From contig JBLDXI010000014.1 in NCBI GenBank assembly GCA_047495785.1, positions 124,001 to 188,000 on the forward strand: 64,000 nt of DNA. The letters run 5' to 3'. Each line of letters opens with the position of its first letter. Positions within the stretch are counted from its first letter, which is position 1. The notes under the pieces are model-generated. The model was not told the DNA's origin. It made no database searches and saw only the letters and a program-made list of their open reading frames with translations. The position numbers and the translations under genes are program-made. This DNA is from Lepidodermella squamata. Lineage: Eukaryota; Animalia; Gastrotricha. Below, piece after piece: positions 1 to 12,701 of the stretch.

Positions 1-3000
1 AGAGAAAGGCAGCAGGCGGCAGGCTTGCGCGATTGAGTAGTAGCTGTGAAAAATGCAAACAACAATCGTAAAAACGGTCGAAGAGGGTACACACGGATTG
101 GGTAATCACTATTAAAATAAAGCCCAGCCCTGCTCATAGTTTCGATAACAATATTGCTATTATTATTAATATTATTACTACTAGTAATGTCGCCGACCGG
201 GTGTTTGCTCTCTACAAAAGTGAAGCGGCGACTCCCGGTTCGGGCGACGGGTGCCCGTGCTTGGGAGCAGGTAAACAAACGCACCTAATGGCGGCGAGTC
301 GATTGCGCAGGCGGACGTAATAGATATTGGAGCAGGCAGCGCGCAGAAATCACACACAAAGTGCTACTAGTAGGTTGTTTTTAGGGCGCTCAGCGTTTGG
401 ACCAGTGTGCTCGAGCCAGGTGAGTTCGTTCGAACGAAGTAGGCGGCTACAGCGGCAACAACTACAACGACGGTGATCGCTGACGGGTCGGCACAGGCGG
501 CGCAGTAAACAATAACCAGGCAAAGCTGCTATTTATAAAGCAAACCCACAACCTAAGTTTAAGAGCCTAGATCGAGAATAAAAAAAAAGCATGAATCATC
601 AATTCGAAAAATAGTTCAGGTGGATTGGTACATGTTCGTACATACATAGAAGTAAACAATGGCTTTTGGTGTTTATACAGAAAACCCCAATTTTAAGAGC
701 CTATAAATATCAGAGTGAAAGAGAGGGTACGACGAAGAGAGAGAAATAAGGCAAAAAATGCAAATTTATGTATCGTTGAGCTGCCTGCCACTCGACGGCG
801 CGTGGCAAAAAACACGGCATTATGCTAATGCGGCTGGGTGATAATGCACGCACGAGTAGACAAAAGGTGGCGGCCGAAATCGAAGGTTTCATCTTCGTTA
901 TCATGGCATTTCCAAGGTGGGAGGTAGAGAATGGGTTGTAGAAGAGATAAGAAGACTATAGAGTAAGGGTGCGACATATAGCGAGCGAGCGAGAGAGAGA
1001 GAGAATAACGACTGATGATAGGTATATGCCCCTATACTTATGCATCAGGTATTGCGGCATATACAAGTAGTAGAAAATGAAGAACAGACGGACATGGATG
1101 GGTAAATAGTTTGCTCTTTGGCGGCTAGAACCTGGTTTGCTGCAGCTTCTGCGCTTCGACTGCCATTATCTGCGATGAGCTTGGCGGAGATCTTTACGAC
1201 AAAATGGTAGTGTAACTGCTCATTCGTTTTCTTACAGCGGCGACGGTGATGGTATGGACCACCGATGAATGTCTTTCTACTATGCGGCGGCATGTGTACA
1301 CTCAGCGTTTTGGCTTGTACATGGGCGTGTGATGAATAAACGACGAGCAGCACGGCGACATTAATAATGATTGAAGACGGTGCTGTTGTAGCCACCAGCA
1401 TGACAGTCAGCACTGTGTAAATGCCAAGCGAGAGATGCGCGCTGGCTCCGCAGTGCTGCTGCTGCTGCTGCTGTGTGCCTACGCCGGTGGTGATGGTGGT
1501 GGTGGTGGTAGTGGCGCTGGTTGTGGTAGTGGTGGCGCTGATATTTGTACAGCCTGCCCGAGCATATATTATTATACATATTGCCGTAGTAATAATAAAT
1601 CGCGCGAGGCAGCGAATAATTTTTCGATTGTCAGTCGTCATCGCGTATACACATGCACAGCCGCGCGCCCGCATTCCTGCGCATCATCATCATCTTCGTT
1701 CAGGTAAAAAGTCGGCGATGGCGGCACAAGACGCCCTGCCGCCGCCGCCACACATAAACACGCCCAAAAAACATAACACAGGCGTTGCACAGATAAATAT
1801 TTTTTAACGACGGCGACAGGTGGTATATGTTGTAATGTAGGTTGGGCGGAGGTTGGGTGGTAGTGAAAAAAATTATCGCCATTAAGGTGGCTGGGCGCAC
1901 GAGAATTACGAGCCAGACGCGCTCGAGCTCACTCTCTTGTCGTCGCGCAGTTGTTCTGCTGCTAGAGGCCAGTCTGCCTGCAGCAGATAATGCGCTTAAT
2001 AGCTGCAGTAGTTGTTCGTCGCAGTCCTGCGGACGAGCGAGCATGTAATAAATAAAAACAACAACATATATACATACAAGGTATGCAACACAGTAGCAGT
2101 CGTACAGCAATAATAATAATAATAATGATCGAGTCGTGTGGACGGCGTGCGGGGCAAAAACCCCCGTCTCACCTGCGCGTGTGTGACCTACCGATCTAAA
2201 ACTGTTGTCGCAGCGCAGCCGCAACGGCCTGTCTTCTTGTCTTCTTCTTTGTTGCGGAGAAGAAGACGACAGCGCGGCTGAATATCTTAATTCTGCCATC
2301 TATATATGCAGGCAACGTGCAAGCGTGCGATGCGCATTCAGGCCTAATTTAGTGGTGTGGTAAACAAGGCTCCCGATGTTTGTTTATTGTTCGAACGACG
2401 CAGCGGGCGACGGCGACACAGCCGCCGAAGAGGCCAACCACCAATTTACGCGATGATCAGCACGCGCGGCGTCGACGGGCATGCGGCAGCGCCTGTTGCT
2501 CGAACAAAACTAAACAGCGACGAAACGTGCGCCGCCGCATCAAGAAAAAATGAAAAAATGCGCGCGTTTCAGTTTTGCTGAGCGCATGAACTACTTATTT
2601 GCATCATAACTACAAAAGTAGAAACAAACAGCAAAGGCCAAAATACGACGAGTGACTAGCTCGTGGGCAATGTATTACACACCTACTCTCGTGTGGCCGG
2701 CGACGACGACGACGCGCCTTATCTCAGTAGAGTGAAAGGAGCAAGTGCAGCTCGGCGCATTGATAAGGCGCTGGGCGTTTCAAAGGACTGCTGCGTGCCC
2801 ACCCTTCACCATCATCATCATCTACATCGGGCCATTTATCGCAGGCATTCGGAATATATTAATAGCTGCGTGAAATGTCGACGAGTAATTTGATAATAAA
2901 CATGGGACTGATAACGCTACGTATACAACACAACGCAGGAGAGCGAGAGCGAGAGAGAGAGAGAGAGAGGTGGGGGCGTCGCGCTCGCTCGCTCGCATTC

Positions 3001-6000
3001 CGAGCCGCCATGTGCCAAGTGTCGCCAGCGTAAAATTAGTTGCGGCCAGGCAAACACGTGCGAGAGCCGCCAAAAAACAGCAACGCATGTGCAATTTTAG
3101 CGCCAGCAAAACAAAAACGATATAACAGCGCTGCTCTCTCGACGAGCCGCTGCCAGATCGACCCTCACGGCACGTCGTCGTCGTCGTCGAACAAGGCGCC
3201 AAACAATGAGAAAAGCACCTAAACAGCCGGTAATAACATCAGTCGCTGCTGGATGATGACGAATCCGACAGTTATGCTAGAGCGTTAATCATAAATAAAC
3301 ATCACTCATCATCGGCAAAAAAATTATAGTTTAATTATTTTGGTAATAACGCTCGAGCGGATTAAACGCAACGGTTTCAGCCTACTACTACTACTACTAC
3401 TATTATAGTGCACTCGTCAATTTTTTTAGCGAGATAGCTCAGCGAGATAACACGGTGTAGCTTACACGTCCATTACGAAATAGCAGCTAAATCTGACATG
3501 AAGATTAAGACCATGCTAAATTTACTCGTGAGCTATATGGTATATCTAAGCACACGGGTCATGATAACATCGTGAGCTAACGGACCGTTATGCTTTTCGC
3601 GGGAATGAAATTAAGTGAGCGAGAAAAAACTACACGACATTTAAATAATTATTCTTACAATAATGTAATAATATGAAAGAATTTGCTTAACACGTTCAAT
3701 ATACTCGATTCCAGGCCGGCTCCAGGTAACACTAATAGAACAAGGGGTCACAGTTGAAAAAACCGCTGGTGAAGCAGAATAAGAGTTGCCGATACTATCG
3801 GGCTTGTCCAAGCGAAATGCTTGAAATATTACGTAAAGAAACCTATACAGAAAAACATAAGAAATAATAATTTCAGCTATAGTTGATAATTATGACTTTA
3901 AACAGTAATGCATCGGTGGTGAATGGGAAATGATGGTGAATTGGAAGTCGATCAAGCTAATTGCTATGGCCGGATATTGGAAGTCGCGAGCGGTTGTATC
4001 CGGCGAACGACAACTCCAAATAACACGATGAGAATAATTTACTCGGCAGTTTGTATACAAATAATAGCAATAATAGTAATAAACTCGCAAAGCGATCGAG
4101 ATAAATACTTGACTATAGCGTAGAGCAGGTTTTCTATCGAGGTCTTGCTGCGTTGTTATTATTATTGCCTATTACATGAGCGAATAATTTGTTATTGCCT
4201 CGATTGCAGGTCGCGGCAATTCGGCGCCGGGGACGGCAGACGTTGTCGCTGGTTAGATGGGAATACTGGGTAGAAGCGAAATTCTTTTTCTCACGTAAAC
4301 ATTGTTATTATTTGCTGGGCAAGTCTATAAAAATTGCACATGCGGCTGCTGCTGCTGCTGCGGCGACGACGACGAGTTGCGAGACGATCGAGCTGATCAT
4401 TCATGTTATAGCTAATGCTCGAGTAATTATTATTATTATTTGTCGCCAGGTGTGCCTGCCATCATCATTTGCTCGGTGCTCGGCTGCGCCAGCCACGCGG
4501 GAAAAGCAAACGCGGGTAGGTAGGTAGGCAGGTATGGGTAAGTATAGACAGATAGTAATAGGTAATAATAAATTAAGCAATTGCACACGATTTTGGTCGA
4601 ATCGATATGCCGTGACAAGACGCGCGCGCGTGTTGGTGGCAATAAACTAAACGCATACGAGGGCAGCAGCAATGAAACACAATAAAACTTTTCAACAACA
4701 CAACCGCTCGACGTCACAGCAATAAAAACGAAACAAGCGACTTGAGACTGAGAGAGAGCAGGCTGTGGTGCGAGTGGCCTGCTTTTGGGATTAATTTATT
4801 GCTCCTACTACCAATGAAGAATAAATTCTCGATAGTCCAATAATATTGAGCAACAACATGTTGTGTGCAGCAGCAATTATTATTACTGCACTGCTTGCAG
4901 GTCTTGCGAGTGCGCCAGTGAAATGTGGGTCAAATGAACGGTGAACGTGGAGTGAAAAATCGGCGACCGAGTTTTTTCTCATCTTTCAGCTCTCAGGAGG
5001 TGGTGGCCTCGATGCGCGCAGCCAAGGCCAGTGCGTCGAGGTCATCGCTGGCCTCAACGGCGTTTGCCTTGCAAACAGCCGAGGATAATGGATAACCTCA
5101 AACCATCGCTATTAAACTGCAATGCCGTGTCACGTAGAATTTTGTTGTTAATATTAACGCCGGTGATGTATATTTGTCAAACAGCGAGCGCTGTTGCCAC
5201 CAGCCGACAACGTTGAGATGCTGGCACTGCGGCGACGACGACGGCGACAACGACTGCGCGAGCGTGTTATAGAAAATATTTCTTGTAGTAAGTTTTAAAT
5301 AAATACAATAATACGGCGGTGTGTTGGAGCGCCTGAGCATACACGAGCATGAGAGTGGCGGCGTTTCACCTTATATGCATGATCCGGCGTCGAGGGCTCA
5401 TTACATCGTGCTACAACTCAACTACCAACACTAGTAATGTGCTGAAGTTCGTTCGTGCTCGAGCCCGAAGAAAAAGCGCAAACAATCACCAAGGAGGTGA
5501 CGCTTTACATGTTATTTGAACAGTCATCATCGCTTCGCCAAGGATGATGACCGCGCGTGAAGTAAAAAATAAGTAATCGCGAACCGCAAAATACCTAGCA
5601 AGCGGTGCGAGGCCGCGGTTCGATCGATGCGAATCGGAATATCTTCATAGATAGAAGATAGAAAGATATTCTTGAGAGCAATACAGAGACAGCGCTGCGA
5701 TTTGGCGCAAAGTGCGTCGCAACGCTAGATCGCACACACACATACAAGCGCTGTTTGTCGGCGCGCGCGCTTTCCCAGCCAGCCTGCGACGACGACGCCC
5801 GCTTAGGCGCCGCCGACTGGCTGGTTATTTGCCGAGCCGGCCGCGGCGCTGTCGATGTTTGCGGGTCATGTTTGACTTGCGGCGTCACACCCCCGGCTGG
5901 CTGGCTGGCCGCAAATACGACAGCACCCGCTATAATGCGCCGATCCGCGGCGCCGAAATGCTGGGCGAATGTTGCTATTATCATCGCGAAGTGTTTCGGA

Positions 6001-8850
6001 TTTCTTATACACTCGCTTTCGCCTCGTCCGACCCACTTCGTACGTCACTCCTCTCGTATTGTCGACGCATTTCACTGCGCGTTGGAACCATCACAGTAGC
6101 CGCAGTAAATATTAATTCTATTAAGACGCCAATCAATGTTTTGCGAAATCTTACCGAAAACTCTAATATGCAAATTTAGATAAATAACGTCCTTATTTAC
6201 CGATATCGCATGATGATGATCATCATCATCCACTGCGCCAAATTAGACTCTGGCGCAGATAACAAGTGGGTAGACCGGGCCAAAGGTGAGCGAGGCGCCC
6301 GCACAAACACATTGGTAATTTCATTAGTGGAACTAGTAGAATACGCGGTCAGAGCAGTCAGACCCGCTGATACACCTGTTCCCAATTGGCGGCTGCGCGC
6401 GCGGCCACCTCGCGCTGCGTTTTATTATCGCGCAGCGGCATGCTTCTGATTTCGGCAATAAACGCGGGGCCGAGGCGATAGTTATTAATGTATAGCCTAT
6501 ATCGCCGAGATGACCGGCTCAATTTACGATTTATGGACACGCGGAATTATTGTTGTTCAACGCGAGACCGCGGCGCGCACGATCATCGGGCGCAACTTGC
6601 TTCCCATCGCCGACAAGATAGCATTGATAACTGCAGGGATAAACACCAACCTGACTAATAAGCAGCCGATGAAAGAAGATTAAGAAGATGAAGAAGAAAC
6701 CAAGCAGAAATACAACCAGTAGGTATAACTCGAATTCCTCGAAAAAAGTAACAAAAACCTTGAGCCGGGTGGCGTGGAGATTGAGCTCAAAAACCCAATG
6801 GGCTCGGTTTAAATAAAGCCTTGATTTCTTTTTAATGACAACAACAAAATTCGTTGACCAACGCAGCGAGATGCCGGTTTCATCAACAAAAAATGGTGCG
6901 ATAAAACATTGTGGAAGATGAGTATTGTCATCACGAGTAGAAGTTTAACGGAGCGTGAGCGGTGGTGCTAAATTACAAAACGTGAGTTATAAGTGCCTAA
7001 AACGTTATACAGTCACGTGAAAAAGGGATTGAGACGATAATGGAATAAAACTTGGTAAATAAAATGAAGGAGATTCTTTTCAAGTAACGCGTGCAATTTT
7101 TAAACCTTTTTTAAGCCGAGGTGACATGTCGGCCCAGTCTAACAATTATTAGCGGCTTCAGAAGCTTGGAAACCTGCACTGAAGCGAGTGCCGAAAAGGA
7201 ACTAGGAATCAGTTTGCGGAGTTCGGGAACCTCGTAACTCCCACCGATAGCCAGCTTTAGCTCAATGAACTAAATGCGAGTTTAGAGTTGGCAAACTCTA
7301 ACTCGTCAAAATGTTGATATTTGGAGAATAAGCGAAGCTAAGAGGTTCGAGCAAAGCGATGAGTCAGACAAAATGACCAAGTCATCGGTGTCAATGTCAA
7401 ACTGCCATTTTCACTTGAGCAGGTCACGATAGAAAAATGCAGCATGGTTCACGCCGAGATGATTAGTGAAGATGATGATGAGCTAGCAGTGATAGGCCTA
7501 GGTATGAAGACATATTAATGGCCGAAAGAGGCGTCACGCTCAACGGCAATAAAAAACACGAGATAATGATGCGTACGAGCGGCTTATTGCCGGCCAGTTA
7601 AAGCGAACATCATCGCGTGACGCGTGCGATTCCTCACTCTTACTATATTATAATACCTGACACTGGTTGCTGGTAGTAGAAGAGATATCTGTTTTTTTCA
7701 CACTGCCGATCATTAATTTAACATTTACCGCGACACGCGTCGTTCGCTCGCACTTGTTTTTTACGAGCCCAACGGCCGGCAAGCTATAAGGTTTTACGAT
7801 GAGGGCGATATTATACGAGAGGAAATAATACCAGAGCCGTTTTTATTTCGACTGGGGGTGATGGCTGTAGCAGCAGCGGCTTGTTGAAAGGCTGGTGGTG
7901 TTAGGGGGCCTAATTACGGCTAATAATAAGACTCGGAGCTATTTTCCAAGTGCTCTTTGTTATTAGCCAGCGGAAAGTAATTAGTGTCACGTCGCCGGCG
8001 AAAATAACACTCACTCTCTCTCTGAGGGTTACATGAAACCTGTCGATGCCGCGGATGCACTGCCTGCCGATGGTTCGGCAGGGTTGGGCAGGGTTTCGAG
8101 TGAGCCGGGCGCGCGCGCGCGTTTATGGAATCCTACTCCATTTCTCGGATGGCGGGGCGTGACGGCGATTTTTAATGAATTCGGGCCTAATAATATTGCG
8201 ATTACAAGTGGATGTCTAACAATGTAATATTCGGCCTCGTGCGGCCCGAGGCGCGGCCATTTGGCGTTATTAGCCCGCTATTAGACGCGCCGCGGCAACG
8301 CCCGAAGACGAGTTGTCGCAGCGCCAAAAATAATACAACATATTAATAATGCCAGAACAGCGCGTATAATATCGAGGGATGTCTAACAATAATAGAACGC
8401 GAGAGGCGCGACTTGTGACACGACGGTGTCAGAGTTACCACAGAAATATATCAACGACTCCCTGGCGAAATGACCAGCGCGCATGTTATTAGACAGCTAT
8501 TATTAGCGCGGCTCATCTCTCGTATACGATCGCGTATGCAAATGAGCCCAGTCGGTGCCGCAGCGCGCGCGCGAAACAGATGCGCGCGGCCGGCGCGGCG
8601 CCATTGGCCGGCCTGCTCGCCCCAATATGCTAGAAACGCTGCGAATTCGTCGCCACAGCACGCTGACAAAACAAATTACCCGGTGCCTCTGCTTGCAGCT
8701 TGTATCGTCTTACAAGTCGATAAAACACGCATACCAATCAGCCCTCATCTATGTTTTTATTCGCCAAAGCTGCTTTTTATCGTAACTCGCTATTACTTCA
8801 AGCCAGCGTTAGCGAAGAGAACTAATTTGATACGATGATAAAGATATGAA
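1..8850. other. Long non-coding, microsatellite-rich region (probable cis-regulatory block or large intron)
   Basis: No credible protein: ORFs are poly-T/V/C/H/Q read-outs of (GCT)n, (GTG)n, (CAT)n, (GA)n, (CTA)n, (TAA)n and (CG)n tracts. Contrasts with the dense genes downstream. Confidence 0.6.
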
Positions 8851-9018
8851 ACCAAGGGAGTAAACAAAAGCGACAGTCGAGGTATATTCACAGGTGAAAA
8901 GGCTGGGGCCATTCATTCAAATTGCCGTTCCTTTTGATACCTGTAAAAGCTTGTATTCATTCATAATCTCAGTCTGATGATGAGTCGCTTTCTTTCTTGC
9001 TGACTCGATTTTATTTGT

Positions 9019-10836
9019 ATGGCAAGCCAACATCCACAGTCGAACACCGTATTCGACCCAAATACCGCTGCTCTTCTACCCATCTCGCCGATCGGGCGCC
9101 TGAGGTCCGCCCCTCCGAAGTCGGATTTTCCGGCGAATTCTGTTCTCGACCGAATCCTCTCGGTTGTGGTTCGAACAGCTGAAGAGCGTCGAGCCGCAAA
9201 TCAGAAACCAACAACAGACCGTGAACTTCTGCAAGACGCCGCTGTCACCCCAGCGCGGCATCTGTCTTCTTCCTCAGCAAAATCTACGCGTACTTTTAAT
9301 TTCGATGACTACCTTCGTCCCGATTTTGGTGCCAATAACTTATCTACCGACGATAAGGTGAATAAGAAGACTACGACAAGCGAGACAAAACAATTCTTCA
9401 GAGATCACGCTGAATTAGTGAGGACGGATGAAGACAGCAATGTCCCGTTCAAGTACGGCGACACGTATGGTTTCAATCAGAAGCAATGGGACGGCGAGAT
9501 CAACCGCATTTACGGCCGGGGCAACGCTGGTAAAAGCGTCCGATTTCGGATGACTGGAAGCTTCCTAGAAAACCCATTCGCTGAACCCTTCAAGCAACTG
9601 GTAGTAGCTGACATATCTGAAACGAGAACTGGCGAACACTTGGCGCGGCAAGCTCTTCGGCGCCGCCACATGACGTAAATTTTCCCTTTCTTATTCATTA
9701 AGCTGACTGCCGAACGGTTATCCCAAAAGTAAACCTGTTTTTTATATTTTCCAGCAATCGCTTGGAACGTGACAAAGATGCAATTATCGAACGAGGAAAG
9801 GAGTTGCGCAAGGAAATGAAAGATTTGAAGTCGGAAATCGCAGCCGACAAAGAAAAGCGTCGGAAACAGGCCGAGGAAGCGAAGAAGAAGGATACCAGTG
9901 GCTATTACGGCAAACCTCGTGTCACTTTGACTGAGGACGCTCCTGAAGCTGGCGATGCAGCCGAAGACGGAGAAGATGAGCTGGATGCTGATGGCTATCC
10001 AACCGGCATTGGAGCCGCTGGTAGAAATGCCCTTATGCACGACCTAATCAGGCACCTTCCGGAGGAGCAAGCAAATTTCAACAAGCGAAAGTCAGCATAC
10101 GAGAAGAAGCTTTACGCCCATGCTGTGCCTTACAAAAATGAATTTGGACCCGGCACGTACGAACCGTGGCAACAAGAAACGGCGAACATGATTCGTGGAT
10201 TGGTTTACGAGATAATCGACTTGATCATGGATGCTTACGAGGGCAGGCAGAAGAACGAAGGCCCGAAAGGAGGCATGCAAGGCAGGGCTAAACAGGACAG
10301 CTCTTACTCGGGCTCAGCGGAGGCTGGTCTGACTGGCAAGCAGGAAGAAGCCGGCAGCAACTCGAAAGAAGCTTTCCAAGCTAGGTCGCAACGAATCCAA
10401 GAAACAGCTGCAGCGCTGAAGAAGAAGCGGCAGATGCATTTGGATAACGCTTTATTGGAGAAAATTACCCAGCTGGAGAGCGAAATGACCGTTCTGGAGG
10501 TTTGCCGTCTTTTAGTGCGTTTAAGTTTACTAAGTTGTTATTAATAGGTGACGAGGCTGATGATAAGTGAAGTGACTGATGAGGAAGTTGAGCTCATGCG
10601 AATTTGTCAAGACTTTACTCGAGCTGCTGCTGTGAAAATTGCCTGGGTTTGTTTCAGTCTATTTTTGTGCGATTTTTTAGCATATTCGCTGTGATTGTCA
10701 GGCTCTGGCTAATCCGGCTGCTGCTGCAAGAGGTGCTATGCCTGATGAAACAACGTATACTCATCTTCATTCTGTCTACAATGGTGTTATCCGTAAGCAG
10801 GCGAAAGAATCGGAGCGAAAATTACTAGGAAAATAA
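9019..10836 (+). CDS. Uncharacterised charged/coiled-coil protein, 4 exons
   Basis: ORFs 9019-9678 and 9762-10544 join through a GT-AG intron (ATGAC|GTAAAT...CCAG|CAATCG). Two more short GT-AG introns lead to ...ERKLLGK* at 10834-10836. No family recognised. Confidence 0.7.
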
Positions 10837-11167
10837 TAAAAATGTATTTCTCGGTCACTTTTGTTTTATCTATTTGCTCATCTCAACTAGGTACACTATT
10901 TGACGTCTCAAAATTATTACATATTCGCTTCCGAGGAGTAACCTGCCGGGGAGGAAACGTAAAACGCCACGTTTTGGAAGGAAAAGTCTCCCATATGAGT
11001 CATAGCATGCGTTTTTTATTGATTCAGCACATCAGGATTGCATCATGCTTACGAATGATTCATCGCTCTTTTGCTGATAAAGAGTATAGTATAAACACAC
11101 TGCTGCGCTTTTCATAATATATATATATATATTATAACTATTCCCATCCGAGTTAAACTACATCAAA

Positions 11168-12418
11168 ATGGCTGGAATCAATTTCGAAGTACAGCTGGTC
11201 CTTACCTGCGAATCGCCTGCATCAACTTCAGTAACAGAACCATCTGAAACAAAGCACACCAAGCTGTTTTCTGGTAACGAACTCACCTTGTCAAGAGAAC
11301 TAAATTTCAGCAATCCAACACCTTCTGATTTCCAAATGTATTTGGCCAAATGTTTCGAATCGCTATCTCGGCTGAAAGAAATCTCACCATGCTTGCCGAT
11401 CAAACGGGAACGAATTGCAATCAAGTTCTCAAACTTCAACGAAGATTCGCTGCGCTTGCTATTCCCTTCTGTTGAAGAGCAGCGAAGTATCTTGTACTTT
11501 GAGTCGCTAGATGGAGGAATTTCTGCGGAGCGCCACATTTTCATGGAAAATATCCTTGGTACCAACGTCCGCGCTGTTGTTTTTGATACCGCTCCCCGTA
11601 GCTCCTTTCCGTTGGAAGATGTGGGACCTAAATGCCCCCTGCATCCAGTTTTTCACGAGTGTTTCACACTGACTCGGATTTCGAGACTTATTAGATTCAG
11701 ATACCCGCGAGGTCGGTTACCCGGCGAATTCAATTTAGATCTCGACATTCCTTTCGATGAATGGATTGGAAGTGAGCAAGAAAATCGCTTCATGACAGGC
11801 AAACGAATGTTTGAGAGCTACATTGGCAAGAGAATCGTATGGAGGGAGTGGCATTTAAGATCTAAGCGAAATCGGAGGCATGTAATTCTACGTCACGGTA
11901 TCGAGGATTTAACGCCAATGCAAAGTCTTTTCTGGGAAAACCTGATGGGCTCAGATTCGAAGCGACTGCCTGGTGGGTACCAACTTGCCTACCACGATGT
12001 AGAATGCCCCGGCCTGCTGACGATTCCGAAACCGTTTCTTACCAAAGGCGGTTCACTTGTAGTCTCGCCATGCGGTCACACCTGCCCCGTTGAATCGTTT
12101 AACGAGGAATCTTGCCGGGACTGCGGTTTCCTGTTTAATTTTCACTCGTGCTGGATTCATCAAGACAGTTTGATTACACAGGAAATCGATCCGAAAATGT
12201 TGGGGAAACCTCAGGTATTTCTTGCGATTTTTTGGCTATGATGTCAAAATCAGGGCCGAGTATTTTTTGTGTTTTTATAGGTTGAGCTGATTAGCTGTTC
12301 AGAAAACGGCCTCGTATCCGACCAGAATGGTCATGTGACAGAAGCCGGATTGCCGGCAGTAATAGAACTATGTTCAAACCGTGATCAGTTGTTTATTCCA
12401 ATGAATAACTGGTATTAA
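11168..12418 (+). CDS. Uncharacterised protein with C-terminal Cys/His cluster, 2 exons
   Basis: 357-aa ORF. CAG|GTATTT donor near 12213 and TATAG acceptor at 12280 extend it to ...PMNNWY* at 12416-12418. Motif CGHTC-x9-CRDC-x6-HSC. Confidence 0.65.
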
Positions 12419-12701
12419 AAAAATGATAAGCAATCAATAAATATTCTATGTGTTTTCGTTATTTTACTTCCGGATTTTTCAGCTTGAAGATTATTAGGTT
12501 GCCGGACATTCGTGACATCGACTTTCGCAAGTTGAAAATGGGATTGATAGATAAAAACACTGCTGTTATAAGTGATTTTCCCATCAGACATAAAGCCGCC
12601 CTAAAACTTCGATTTGGCTATACATGCTTTTTATTCGCAAGACTGATATATTAATAAATGTAATTATTAGCTGGCATTAATGCCACATTTTTCTCATCAA
12701 A

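Noticed and set aside
7990-8100. Hammerhead ribozyme (CTGAGGG...GAAAC)
   Set aside because: The core needs CUGANGA and a stem II; neither is present.
710-8838. Many 60-209-aa ORFs on both strands, e.g. 1045-1674 and 1700-2299
   Set aside because: They translate microsatellites and GC-rich non-coding DNA, often from non-ATG starts, with no domain or splice structure.
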